A stretch of DNA of 64,000 nucleotides, taken from IMG/VR virus record IMGVR_UViG_3300034073_005389, positions 248,001 through 312,000 of that record. One strand, 5' to 3'. The notes under the pieces are model-generated. The model had not been told where the DNA came from and ran no database searches. It saw only the letters and a program-made list of their open reading frames with translations. Position numbers and translations under genes: made by a program. Shown one piece after another: positions 33,397-43,366 of the stretch (position 1 is the stretch's first letter; every line of letters begins with the position of its first letter).

Positions 33397-34112
33397 TGAA
33401 CAGCAAGCAAATTAAAAATATTTTAAAGCTGGCAGATAAATATTATCAATACTCCTCTTATGCTTACAAGAGCGCCAGTATTATGAAAGCTTTACAATTT
33501 GGAAGTAAAGGGGCTATGATTATCAGCCCACTAATAGAATTGGCGATGGGTATAGTAAAAGATAATAGCGAAATTTTAAAAGTTTCTAATTCATTATATG
33601 AATCACTTAATACATATAAAAGCTCATATGGTTTTGGTAAACATGAAGATTTTTTATCAAATTATATGACAAAACTTGGAGATTTTAAATCATCTTTCGC
33701 AGAAGCGAATAATATAAAAGAAAATGATCCAGAAAATTCTTTAGCAGTTTTAAAAAAAATTATTGATAATGGAGAATTTTTAGTTCTTAACACAAAGAAA
33801 GTTATAGATTCTATCAGAAGCATGAAATCAGTTGGAGGTCAAGCTTTTGATTTATTAAAAGAATTATCTCTAAGCTTTGGGGCAGAAACTGCCACAACTA
33901 ATATTATTGAACAAGCAGGAAACTTATCTATGCTATTAGATGCTGAATTCCCCAATATCGAAGCAAAATATCAGGAACTAATGAACGCAATTGAAACTCA
34001 CTCGGCAAGTGAGGCTGGAGGGAATGCCAATGGTCCTGCCGCAGAACCCACTACAGAAACTGCTACTCCTGAAGAAAGTATTTTATCACAATTAGAAGGT
34101 ATATCTTTATAA
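33396..34112 (+). CDS. Hypothetical protein, tandem paralog A
   Basis: Shares YKxSYGFGxHxDFLSxY, SMKSVGG and ILSQLxGISL with 34122..34877. Confidence 0.75.
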   Translation: MNSKQIKNILKLADKYYQYSSYAYKSASIMKALQFGSKGAMIISPLIELAMGIVKDNSEILKVSNSLYESLNTYKSSYGFGKHEDFLSNYMTKLGDFKSSFAEANNIKENDPENSLAVLKKIIDNGEFLVLNTKKVIDSIRSMKSVGGQAFDLLKELSLSFGAETATTNIIEQAGNLSMLLDAEFPNIEAKYQELMNAIETHSASEAGGNANGPAAEPTTETATPEESILSQLEGISL

Positions 34113-34121
34113 GAGATTTTT

Positions 34122-34877
34122 ATGAATAAAAAAGATATAAATTATATAGTAAAGCTATCTAACAAATATGAAAGATATACTTATCAATTAGAAAGTCGTG
34201 CAATTGCGCCTGCTGCGGCTGCAGCAGGCGTGCTAGGTCCCATATTAACAGCCATGACCGTTGGAGCAATAGTCAATGGAATTGTCAATTATTTAAAAAA
34301 TAGCCCTGAGCTAATAGACAATGCTAAATTACTATATAATACGTTATTAGACTATAAAAAATCATATGGCTTTGGTGAACATGATGATTTTCTTTCTAAG
34401 TATACTGAAAACTTAGAAAAGTTTATCACAGCATATAATAGCGTAAATAACAATCCAGATAGAAAAGATAAAAGTCTTTTAGATGATTTTGAATCAATTA
34501 TTAAAAATGGTAGTGAGATTCAGGCTAAGTCTGAAAAAGTAATAGAAGCAATTGAAAGCATGAAATCTGTTGGAGGCTCTATTTTTAGTGCCTTAAAAAC
34601 CGTATCACTTAATTTTGGGTTTGAAACAGATACATCCACTATCTTAGATCAGGCTACCAATGTAGCAGTATTGGTTGGCAAATATCTTCCAGAAATTAAA
34701 TTAAGACATAAAAAATTAATGGAAGAAATCCAAGCGCAAATTATTAATAATCAATCAACCCCTGAATCTGAAATACCTGCTGAAACTCCTACCGAAACTC
34801 CTACAGCAGAAAAACCATCTCCAGAAACTAGAAAAGAAGAAGATATCTTATCACAATTAGGCGGTATATCTTTATAA
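34122..34877 (+). CDS. Hypothetical protein, tandem paralog B
   Basis: Same shared motifs as paralog A. Confidence 0.75.
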   Translation: MNKKDINYIVKLSNKYERYTYQLESRAIAPAAAAAGVLGPILTAMTVGAIVNGIVNYLKNSPELIDNAKLLYNTLLDYKKSYGFGEHDDFLSKYTENLEKFITAYNSVNNNPDRKDKSLLDDFESIIKNGSEIQAKSEKVIEAIESMKSVGGSIFSALKTVSLNFGFETDTSTILDQATNVAVLVGKYLPEIKLRHKKLMEEIQAQIINNQSTPESEIPAETPTETPTAEKPSPETRKEEDILSQLGGISL

Positions 34878-34880
34878 GAT

Positions 34881-35702
34881 ATGACCTCTATATTGAAAAA
34901 TAATGAAAATAAAATTTTAAAATTATATCAAGATGGATATGGTACAACCTATATCGCTAATTTAATTGGCGTTAAATATCCATCTATTAGAAAATTCTTA
35001 CAAAGAAAGAATATAAAAATAAGATCTAAAGCCGATGCAGCCATTCTTTCTTGCGACAGACGTAAAAAGTATTTATTTAATAAAAATTTTTTTACTACTC
35101 CCAGTTGGCAACTAGCCTACTTTGCCGGATTTTGTTTAGCTGATGGCAGCTTATATATTACTAAAAACACTTCTAGACTCACTATTTCTATTCATCAAGA
35201 TGATAAGAATATCTTAGAACACTTCTGTCAATGGATGCAATATCCCTTACAAGGAATTGTTCCAGGTACTAATAATAAAATGGCTTTACGAGTTTCAGAT
35301 CCTGTTTTAGTAAATAATTTAAAGCCATATGGAATCGTTCCTAACAAAACTTATCAACCTAATTTAAAGTTAAATATTCCTAATCAATATATTAAACCAT
35401 TTTTAATTGGATTTATTGATGGAGATGGTACTTTAAAATATAATTTAAAAACAGGCTATAGATTTGGGATAGTAGGAAACAAAATAACAATTGACAATAT
35501 TGTAAATCTATTACAGCAAATAGGCTTTAATAAAGATTTTGTAATTGCAGATGATCCTGTAGATAAAGTTTGGAAACGAGTTTGTTTGTATCGTAAACAG
35601 GATATTTGCGATTTAGTATCTTTATTAGAGCCTAATAAATATTTTTATTTAAAAAGAAAGTGGCAGAATTACTTAGACTTTTTGTCAGCGGCATCCATTT
35701 GA
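34881..35702 (+). CDS. Free-standing LAGLIDADG endonuclease with N-terminal HTH
   Basis: AYFAGFCLADGS and PFLIGFIDGDGT motifs; 3' end overlaps the convergent ORF 35669..36355. Confidence 0.88.
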   Translation: MTSILKNNENKILKLYQDGYGTTYIANLIGVKYPSIRKFLQRKNIKIRSKADAAILSCDRRKKYLFNKNFFTTPSWQLAYFAGFCLADGSLYITKNTSRLTISIHQDDKNILEHFCQWMQYPLQGIVPGTNNKMALRVSDPVLVNNLKPYGIVPNKTYQPNLKLNIPNQYIKPFLIGFIDGDGTLKYNLKTGYRFGIVGNKITIDNIVNLLQQIGFNKDFVIADDPVDKVWKRVCLYRKQDICDLVSLLEPNKYFYLKRKWQNYLDFLSAASI

Positions 35703-36355
35703 CGGCATACTTTATTTGCCCAAGCTCTACCAGGATCGCCACCCCAAAGTAGCCAAGCCACGTATCCTTTGTCTTGGCTCAATGGTTTACCACCACTTGC
35801 ACCTTTATTTTTCTCATGACGATCAAAGAAGGCTTTCATTCTACGAACAGTAGAAGGGCTTAAGGTTTTTCTATTTTTTAGTGAAACTGCTCTAGCTACA
35901 CCAGAACCAATTCCTTGCTTATGAGCTTGTTGTACATTAAGCCCGCCTTTGCCTTTGTTTTTCTTACGTAATTCTAAGCCACGAGCAGCGGCAGAAGCAG
36001 CAGATTCTGAAGGCTTGAAGTCAATATGATCATATTTTCCAGCAGCTAGTTTGATCATATCTTGATGATCAATCTCTGCTTCTGCTACTTTCTCAGAACG
36101 AACATATCCCAAAATTTTAGTTACGTTCATTTTGGCAATAGCTAAAGATTCATCTGCCCATTGTGGTAAATCATCTTTTGCATTCATAATTGAAAGCAAT
36201 TCAGAAGCATCTGTAATGATATTTTTTAAATTAGCATATGCCATGTAAGAAACAGGTCTAACGCCTTCATGCTCTTCTACAACAACATCAGGGTCTACAT
36301 CTACTAATTTTTTTTCAAATTTTTGAGCTATTTTTAATAATTTATCGACATTCAT
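35669..36355 (-). CDS. Two-domain phage protein, probable head-associated
   Basis: SYMAY...DDLPQW domain plus RGLELR...RAVSL...LSPSTVRRMKAFFDRH...AWLLWGGD, a domain I recall from phage head/prohead proteins. Confidence 0.6.
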   Translation of the reverse strand: MNVDKLLKIAQKFEKKLVDVDPDVVVEEHEGVRPVSYMAYANLKNIITDASELLSIMNAKDDLPQWADESLAIAKMNVTKILGYVRSEKVAEAEIDHQDMIKLAAGKYDHIDFKPSESAASAAARGLELRKKNKGKGGLNVQQAHKQGIGSGVARAVSLKNRKTLSPSTVRRMKAFFDRHEKNKGASGGKPLSQDKGYVAWLLWGGDPGRAWANKVCRQMDAADKKSK

Positions 36356-36377
36356 GATTTACATAGCATTTTATGCA

Positions 36378-37016
36378 CTATAGCTTTTCAAAAATTTGCT
36401 CAATCATTTTACATCTTTTTTCAACAACTTCCCAATTAATATCTTCCCATGATAATCTGACATACTCTTTTTTATCGGATAAATGATCTTTCCAGTAAGC
36501 ATGCTCCCACATATCAACAACTAATAAAGGAATAAAGCCGATAGGGCAATTATCATGATGACTTTCTATTGCGGCAATAGAGGTTTTCTTGTCATATAAA
36601 GAATATCCCCAAACAGCCCAACCACTAACTGGAACAAAGGCAGTGCTAATAAAATTATCTTCAAAATTATTTAATGTTTTAAAATCTTTTTTAATTAATT
36701 GCAAAGTACATTTACCAGGAGAAGATTTGCCTCCTAGATTTCCAAAATACAACTCATGTAAATAGGCTCCGTTAGCTGCCCAAGTAATACGTCTTTTTAT
36801 TTGAGCAAATTGAGAATTAGGAATATCATCTTTGATTTTAGAAAAATTTGTTTTATCTAAAACAGACACCATTTTATTATAATTTTTTACATAATTATGA
36901 TAAAGAGTATCTCTGTGAGCCTCTAACACTTCATTAGAAATAGAGTCTAATTCATTTTCTAATGGAAATTTTTTAGGTTTTAAATCTTGAGCTAATGCTA
37001 TAAATCTTTTATTCAT
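36378..37016 (-). CDS. sod: Fe/Mn superoxide dismutase
   Basis: Ligand motifs AHRDTLYHNYV, NGAYLHELYF and DMWEHAY. Confidence 0.88.
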   Translation of the reverse strand: MNKRFIALAQDLKPKKFPLENELDSISNEVLEAHRDTLYHNYVKNYNKMVSVLDKTNFSKIKDDIPNSQFAQIKRRITWAANGAYLHELYFGNLGGKSSPGKCTLQLIKKDFKTLNNFEDNFISTAFVPVSGWAVWGYSLYDKKTSIAAIESHHDNCPIGFIPLLVVDMWEHAYWKDHLSDKKEYVRLSWEDINWEVVEKRCKMIEQIFEKL

Positions 37017-37041
37017 AAAAGAATATAAAAATATTACAATA

Positions 37042-37206
37042 TTAATCTCTTAATACGAAACAATATCCTCCGCACATACATTCTAACAAAAATTTATCTT
37101 CATTTACGTCTTCAATATCTTTTTCTTCTTCAAATTCTGTTTGAAGAATAGCTTCACATTTTTCACATCTAAAAATAAATTTTCTTTTTTTATCGTTAAA
37201 AAACAT
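37042..37206 (-). CDS. Small zinc-ribbon protein (54 aa, not in the ORF track)
   Basis: MFFNDKKRKFIFRCEKC...ECMCGG read directly from the sequence. Confidence 0.55.
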   Translation of the reverse strand: MFFNDKKRKFIFRCEKCEAILQTEFEEEKDIEDVNEDKFLLECMCGGYCFVLRD

Positions 37207-37232
37207 ACTTATATATTGTTTTATGATACAAA

Positions 37233-38111
37233 CTATATACAGTACGGAGAAAAATAAATTCTTTCTCTATGGCTATTTTCTTTACCTCTTTTGTTACCTA
37301 GATTGGCTAATCCGCCATTAGCTTTCCAAGCAACTACTTTCCAAGTATCGGGAAAAAAATAATCATTCTCATATCCGCAAACCGCAATTCTTAATCTTGG
37401 ATTATCTCCTTGAGAGATAGCCCATTTACAAACATCATGGTATAAATTAGATTCTTCTGAATATACTTTATCCCTGTTATTGGTAGAGTAAGGAGGGTCT
37501 AAAAATACTGCAGTAATATCTTTTTCTCCTATACCTTTACTTTTATTTAAAATAGATGGAGATAAAACTTTAGACCAATCTCCGCAACATATTCTTACTC
37601 TTCTTATTCTTTTCTGTAAAGATTGCATCCAATCTAAGATTGGATATGTCATTCCATGAACTCCTCCACCGGCTGAGGATAATAAAGGCATAGCTTTTAA
37701 GCCTTTTGGTTGGAGCCAATTATTTCCGATAGAGGCAGAAATGCCCCAAACCCACCATCCGGCAATTTTTGCATCATAAAATGATGCATCATCATCCATC
37801 TTTTTTCTAAATTCATCATTAATTTGTGATATAATCCATTTATGTCTAGCATGCAAATCAGCTTCTGTAACTGGATAATCCGCATATTTAGCAACTTGTT
37901 CGGCATCAGCACTAACTGCTCTCCAAAAATTAACAATAAGACAATCTTTATCATTAACGGTTTCTATTTTAGAGGGAGAGGGATTGGCTAATAATACTGC
38001 TAAAGAGCCAGCAAAAGGCTCGACATAATTAGAAATGTTCCCAAATTTAGACCAAATAAGATTAGCTACTTTGCTTTTACCTCCAAAATAAGGAAAAGGT
38101 GATTTTAACAT
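37233..38111 (-). CDS. DNA adenine methyltransferase (D12/Dam-like)
   Basis: PFPYFGGKS, YVEPFAGS and FLDPPY. Confidence 0.9.
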   Translation of the reverse strand: MLKSPFPYFGGKSKVANLIWSKFGNISNYVEPFAGSLAVLLANPSPSKIETVNDKDCLIVNFWRAVSADAEQVAKYADYPVTEADLHARHKWIISQINDEFRKKMDDDASFYDAKIAGWWVWGISASIGNNWLQPKGLKAMPLLSSAGGGVHGMTYPILDWMQSLQKRIRRVRICCGDWSKVLSPSILNKSKGIGEKDITAVFLDPPYSTNNRDKVYSEESNLYHDVCKWAISQGDNPRLRIAVCGYENDYFFPDTWKVVAWKANGGLANLGNKRGKENSHRERIYFSPYCI

Positions 38112-38178
38112 AGTTAATTACTTATACCCACTAATAAAAAAATATATAATTTATCTAATTATAGATAAGAGAGAACTT

Positions 38179-40692
38179 ATGATTCTAAATAATTTATTAA
38201 AAGCTGCTGATTTATATTTTAATCAAACACATAATTTTTTATCTTTAGCAGAAGAAGATGATGATGATGATGATGATCTTCTAAAGACAATTAAAAGTAA
38301 TAGAGAATTAAATAAATTATTTAATGATGCTGGAAGTTATTTAAAAATTATAACAGATACAAGTCTTGTTGCTAATATAATGAAGTGTTTTGTTGCTGCA
38401 GCGAAAGCTGTAACAGCAAAAGCTGGATATGAAACTGTTATTGATTTAATCAAAACAGCTCTTATTGATTTAGATGCAGAATTTTCAAATGATCCTAAAT
38501 ATGCTCAATCAAATGCAGCAGCAGAAGAAATAGAAGGAATTTTAATAGACCTTAAAATCTATCTGGAAAACCTTCCAAAAGAAGATAAAAATCCAGCAAA
38601 AGAAAAAGAAATAAAAGAATTTATTTATTCTAAATTAAACATAGGATTGTTAAATGTAGCTAAACAAGTTTCACAAGAATTTGCACAACAAGAATCTAGA
38701 CCAGAAAGTGGGGAAGGCGGCGAAGAAGCTCCTAGTGAATTTGAAAATAAATTAGAAATGGCACAAGACCCCGCAGAAAGAAGCTATAGCGTTTTCAATA
38801 AAAGAGAGTATTTTCAGTGGTCTGATTTGATAGATAAAGAAATTAAAAATTATGAAAATATTATAAAAATATTTGATCCGTCTACTGAACCATTACCAGT
38901 TCAGAGAGTCAGAACCCTTATTGACTTATTAAGAAAAATTTTTAAATTATCTAAGGATATGGAACACCTTCAAGATAAAGTTAATACGTATGATACTAAT
39001 AGCACGGATCCAGCAGTAGTAAAAGAAAGAGAAGATTTAAAATCTAAACAACAAGAGTTATTAACTCTAGTAAAAGAAAGAAGAAAAGAAAAAGCAACTG
39101 TAAGAAGATATTTGGCTGATAAGTCTAATAGTATTTTAGAAAAAGAATTGTTTTATTTAAACAGCAATCCTAATCTTGATAAGAATGAAAGAGGTGATTC
39201 TCAGTTTAGAAAACTAATTTTAAAATTAAAGATTGATTTAAATAAATCTTTATCTAGCAGAGATTATGGAAAAACAAAAACCAACAAAGAAAGAGCTGGT
39301 CTCTTAACCGCGCTAGAGCAAGAAAACCAAAGAAATACAATTAACAATCAAAGATTCGTAACACAATCAGTTCAAAATATTATTAAGCCAAGACAGAAAG
39401 TTATTGACGATCTTTCTAAGAAAATTACTTCAATAGAAGAAGTTACTCGTAACCTAACAGAGTTTCGTGATAAAGTAAATCGGGGCGAATTTGGTCCTAT
39501 AGCACAAAAAATATGGACTATTTTAAAGAGAATAGCTAATAATAAAAGTGATGATGTCACTAAGAAAGTAACAAAATTTTTTTTGTACGGCAAACTTATA
39601 CCAGAGGTAAGAAAAGGGGCAAATAATTCAACTTACTATCAAAATAATAAAGAGTCAATAGATAGATTAATCTCTCTTATCAATCAAGCAACCGCTTTAA
39701 GATCACAAAGCAATTATAAATCTAATCCATTATATATTAGCATAATATCACAAATAAAAAATCAAAAAAATATTGTATATAGTGCTATAAGAGAAAATTT
39801 GCAGCAAGAATATAATAATTTAAATTCTCAACAAAAAGCAACTAAAGAGTATGAGGCTACTTATGGTCCTATAAGGAGATATCTAAATAACTTTTACACA
39901 GAAAGTAGTGAGGGTGATAGAGGACAGTATTTCTATCATTTAAAACGTGATGATGGTGATAATTATTTCTTTTATGTAAATGATGATACCGATAAATCAA
40001 ATATTGAAAATATAATTAATAAATTAAAAGAAATAGATTTATTAAATAAATCTGCAGAAAGTGATGAAAAGATTTTTGCACCTACAAATAGGTATGATTA
40101 CGAATCCATGTTTACAGAGCTAGTTGATGAACTATCATCTGCTATAAACAGAACGAAAAGTTTTGCAGAAATAGAAGAAAATTTAAAAAAGAACATGGAC
40201 TCTCTTAACTCTTCCAGATTTGAAATAGATGAAGAGACTGGCGCTGAAGAAGAAGTATCTGATATATATGTATCTAAAGGAAGAGATAATAAATACAATG
40301 TAACAATTATCAATCCTCCTGACGACACGGGAGAAAGAACAGCTTTATTAGAAAGCATAAAAGAAAAAATTATAAACCATAATAAAGAAATAGATGATCT
40401 TTCTGGTCAAAGATGGTTATCTAGTAGAAATAGAGACAAATTATCTTCTTATAGAATAAACACACAAATTAATATAGCAGGACAAAAACCAGTACAAGCC
40501 ACTGAAGATAAAGATGTTCCTGCAGGACAGCCCGCCGCACCAAAAGCGGCTCCCCCAACAGCTGCTCCAAAACCAGCAAAACCAGCAAAACCAGCTGCTA
40601 CAAAACCAGAAACTGCTACAAAACCAGCTGTGACTCAAGAATATATTAATAATTTGATGGATGAAACATTAAAAAGATTCCTTGGAAAATAA
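38179..40692 (+). CDS. Large helical hypothetical protein with Pro/Ala-rich tail
   Basis: 837-aa ORF; acidic run after the leader; PAKPAKPA tail. Confidence 0.75.
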   Translation: MILNNLLKAADLYFNQTHNFLSLAEEDDDDDDDLLKTIKSNRELNKLFNDAGSYLKIITDTSLVANIMKCFVAAAKAVTAKAGYETVIDLIKTALIDLDAEFSNDPKYAQSNAAAEEIEGILIDLKIYLENLPKEDKNPAKEKEIKEFIYSKLNIGLLNVAKQVSQEFAQQESRPESGEGGEEAPSEFENKLEMAQDPAERSYSVFNKREYFQWSDLIDKEIKNYENIIKIFDPSTEPLPVQRVRTLIDLLRKIFKLSKDMEHLQDKVNTYDTNSTDPAVVKEREDLKSKQQELLTLVKERRKEKATVRRYLADKSNSILEKELFYLNSNPNLDKNERGDSQFRKLILKLKIDLNKSLSSRDYGKTKTNKERAGLLTALEQENQRNTINNQRFVTQSVQNIIKPRQKVIDDLSKKITSIEEVTRNLTEFRDKVNRGEFGPIAQKIWTILKRIANNKSDDVTKKVTKFFLYGKLIPEVRKGANNSTYYQNNKESIDRLISLINQATALRSQSNYKSNPLYISIISQIKNQKNIVYSAIRENLQQEYNNLNSQQKATKEYEATYGPIRRYLNNFYTESSEGDRGQYFYHLKRDDGDNYFFYVNDDTDKSNIENIINKLKEIDLLNKSAESDEKIFAPTNRYDYESMFTELVDELSSAINRTKSFAEIEENLKKNMDSLNSSRFEIDEETGAEEEVSDIYVSKGRDNKYNVTIINPPDDTGERTALLESIKEKIINHNKEIDDLSGQRWLSSRNRDKLSSYRINTQINIAGQKPVQATEDKDVPAGQPAAPKAAPPTAAPKPAKPAKPAATKPETATKPAVTQEYINNLMDETLKRFLGK

Positions 40693-40695
40693 AAA

Positions 40696-41148
40696 ATGAA
40701 TATCAATAAAAGAAAAAATATTTTAAAAAAAATGTCTTTCCTAGATGAGGAAAACAAGTATCTAGCAAAAAATCCTGCTTTAGAAGCAGGAGAAGATCTA
40801 CCTGCAGAAAAATCTTCTGCTCAAGAAGATATTCCTAATACAAATCTTCCAGATCCTATAACTCCAGCATCAGCGTTAGAAGAAATAGAAATTGTTGAAC
40901 CTACAACAACAGGAACTACTAGTTATGAGCCAGATATGACTAGTATTAGCCCAGATCAAATGAGTATAATAAATGAAATATTTTTTCAAGCAATAAATGA
41001 TTTTACCAATGAAAAAATAATGTCTCAAGAATTTGATCCAGAAATTGCCGAATCAGCACTACAAGAAATAAAAAGTATACTTACTCAAGGAGAACAATCA
41101 AAATTTTTAGCAGCTGCTAACAAAAAAACTAATACTTTAAAGAAGTAA
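40696..41148 (+). CDS. Acidic hypothetical protein
   Basis: 150 aa, coupled to the upstream gene. Confidence 0.65.
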   Translation: MNINKRKNILKKMSFLDEENKYLAKNPALEAGEDLPAEKSSAQEDIPNTNLPDPITPASALEEIEIVEPTTTGTTSYEPDMTSISPDQMSIINEIFFQAINDFTNEKIMSQEFDPEIAESALQEIKSILTQGEQSKFLAAANKKTNTLKK

Positions 41149-42064
41149 AAGTTTTACAATACTTATCCCAAGACTTATCGTTTGTTAACGATTCAAATTT
41201 AAAATTAATAAACTCATTTTTGAGAGAAGGAAAATCTGCAATTCCTTCTCTCAATTCTATTTCTTCTTCTGGAACAGATCTAAATTCTATTAATTGGCGA
41301 TTAATACTAAAATTAGCTCTATTTTCTTCTATATCTAGAAATTTAGATAGCAAATCTATATTTGATGCAATCTGCAAAGCTTTTTTAGGTGTTAATAACG
41401 CCGGAATATTATCCGATTTATCTCCATTTAAACACTTCCATACTACATACGGATACTCTGGAGTATCCATAAAAACCTTTTTAATAGAATTATAAATTCT
41501 ACAATTCTTATACCCTCTTTGAAGTATTTGTAAGTAGTCTGTATCGTTACTGACCACTACTAAATCTTCTGTCTTTAAGTTTTCACATAATGTAGAGATT
41601 ACATCATCACACTCGTAATCAGCCGCTTTCGCAATTGTAATTGGCAAATATTCTAATAATCTAATTATTTCTTTCTTAGCAGAATGAAATTTTGCCATCT
41701 CCTCTTGCTTGCTTGCTGTTTTAACAATCCTATTTGCTTTGTACTCGCTGTACAAATCGTATCTAAATTGAGGATGCCCCTCTAATACGAAAAAGCATTT
41801 GTCAGGAGAAAACATTTCAATTAATGGTCGCAAATTTCTAAAAAAATTAAATATTAAAACATAATCTTCATTAGCCTGAGAAAAACACCTACCCTCATCT
41901 AACATCCATTGTTGACCACAAGTACAATGCTGTTTTTCTTCTGCACGAAGTTTATGATTGCAATTTAACTCTAAACAACTTTCATGGACTTGCTTCTTAA
42001 ATCCAAAATTAATATTGGCTCGCCAAATAAAATTCAAACCATCAATTAATAAAATTTTATCCAT
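41129..42064 (-). CDS. 5'-3' exonuclease / flap endonuclease (T4 RNase H-like)
   Basis: ILLIDGLN, FRYDLYSEYKANR, YECDDVI, VSNDTDYLQ and GDKSDNIP. Confidence 0.92.
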   Translation of the reverse strand: MDKILLIDGLNFIWRANINFGFKKQVHESCLELNCNHKLRAEEKQHCTCGQQWMLDEGRCFSQANEDYVLIFNFFRNLRPLIEMFSPDKCFFVLEGHPQFRYDLYSEYKANRIVKTASKQEEMAKFHSAKKEIIRLLEYLPITIAKAADYECDDVISTLCENLKTEDLVVVSNDTDYLQILQRGYKNCRIYNSIKKVFMDTPEYPYVVWKCLNGDKSDNIPALLTPKKALQIASNIDLLSKFLDIEENRANFSINRQLIEFRSVPEEEIELREGIADFPSLKNEFINFKFESLTNDKSWDKYCKTFTSLKY

Positions 42065-42113
42065 TTTAAATAAAATGCCCCCAAACTAAGGGAACATTTC
42101 CTAAAAAATTAAA

Positions 42114-42722
42114 TCATTTAATCTTAAATGAAGAGAATACTTCCAGACAAATATCTTCTACTAAAGGATCATCAGTAGTTCCGCCACAAGATAATCCATA
42201 AGCAAAATTATTCTTAGTAGTTACCCAATTTAGTATTGTAACCTTATCTTTACTAGCTTCTATTTCTAGAAACTTCTGAGCATTAGAATATAAATCTCTA
42301 GTAGATACTATCTCTGCGCCAGTAGCTCGAATACCTCTCATAGAATGAATTACATACTCATCATATGAGCCTGGAAAAGTCTCTGTAGCTAATACCAGTA
42401 CTACACTAACAGGCTCTTCTAACAAACCTGTTAAGGCAATATCTTTTTCTGTAGAAAAAGTAATTTGCATTTGAAATGGTACTGATAGCTCCCAACTATC
42501 TTTGCTGATTGTTTTTTTGCTTTCTACTGGGGTTGGAGGTGCAGCATCCTCCAACCCAGCATCTTCTACATTACCAGCATCCAAAGTAGTAGAAGCATCA
42601 GGAATCACTGGTACAGGTCTATTATGACAAGAGGTGCATGATGAAAACATCAAAATACAAATCATTGTTGCGATTGATGTAAAACTTGCTGCCAATACTA
42701 CTAAAAAATTATTTTTCATCAA
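42114..42722 (-). CDS. Secreted/lipoprotein-like protein, PsbP/DcrB-like tail
   Basis: Hydrophobic N-terminus ending FSSC; DAS/DAG/DAA low-complexity linker. Confidence 0.5.
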   Translation of the reverse strand: MMKNNFLVVLAASFTSIATMICILMFSSCTSCHNRPVPVIPDASTTLDAGNVEDAGLEDAAPPTPVESKKTISKDSWELSVPFQMQITFSTEKDIALTGLLEEPVSVVLVLATETFPGSYDEYVIHSMRGIRATGAEIVSTRDLYSNAQKFLEIEASKDKVTILNWVTTKNNFAYGLSCGGTTDDPLVEDICLEVFSSFKIK

Positions 42723-42759
42723 ATACCTCCTATTATATTAAATAACTTTATTTATTATA

Positions 42760-43176
42760 TCAATCTTCATCTAGATCAGCTAGATCTGTATCTGTAGACT
42801 CAGAAGTATCTACAGGTGCAGATGCCTCAATCTTTTCTTTCATTTGCTTTTTGGCTGCTTCTTTAAGCAGCAGAGCTTGCTGCTTCTTTTGCTTATCAGC
42901 GGCTCGCATAATCCCGCCACGAGCCCCGCGAGTCACATGCCAATCTGGATTATTACGAACATAATAGCGAACAACTGCATCTGCTTCTTTTAACTGTTTT
43001 TCATTCCAGTTAAATCGACTGGTCAACATACCCAGTAATGCAGGAAATTGCAGATTTGTATCTGCTGACCAGTCATTTAAAATCTCTTCTGTAGCAAGAA
43101 AAATAACTGAAAGACGATCTAGTACATGATTAACGTTTGTGTTCATATTTTTCACCCTTTGTAATGAATTGTTCAA
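42760..43176 (-). CDS. Winged-helix-like protein with RGxxGG wing (paralog 1 of 3)
   Basis: WHVTRGARGGIM. Confidence 0.5.
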   Translation of the reverse strand: MNNSLQRVKNMNTNVNHVLDRLSVIFLATEEILNDWSADTNLQFPALLGMLTSRFNWNEKQLKEADAVVRYYVRNNPDWHVTRGARGGIMRAADKQKKQQALLLKEAAKKQMKEKIEASAPVDTSESTDTDLADLDED

Positions 43177-43366
43177 TTTTAGAATTAAAAATTAAATAAG
43201 CATAAGTGCCAACCGCAGCAATTATACCAAATACAAAAGCTATGTTTTTACCTAAATACAATAATGAAAAGAAAAAATGTGCAGAAACAAGATAAGTAAT
43301 AAGGACATTAAAAGCCGTCATACACATAATTAAAAATAATTTATTTATAATAATTAAAATTCGCAT
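43130..43366 (-). CDS. Small two-TM membrane protein
   Basis: Two hydrophobic segments; the real start is probably the internal Met. Confidence 0.45.
   Translation of the reverse strand: MRILIIINKLFLIMCMTAFNVLITYLVSAHFFFSLLYLGKNIAFVFGIIAAVGTYAYLIFNSKIEQFITKGEKYEHKR

Noticed and set aside
28780-37040. Late-promoter motif such as CTAAT(A/C)TTTTGGT
   Set aside because: Two good matches (near 28855 and 32281), but the others are too degenerate against an AT-rich background to support by eye.
38260-38278. GAT trinucleotide repeat as a contingency locus
   Set aside because: It is an in-frame poly-Asp run; slippage would not switch the gene.
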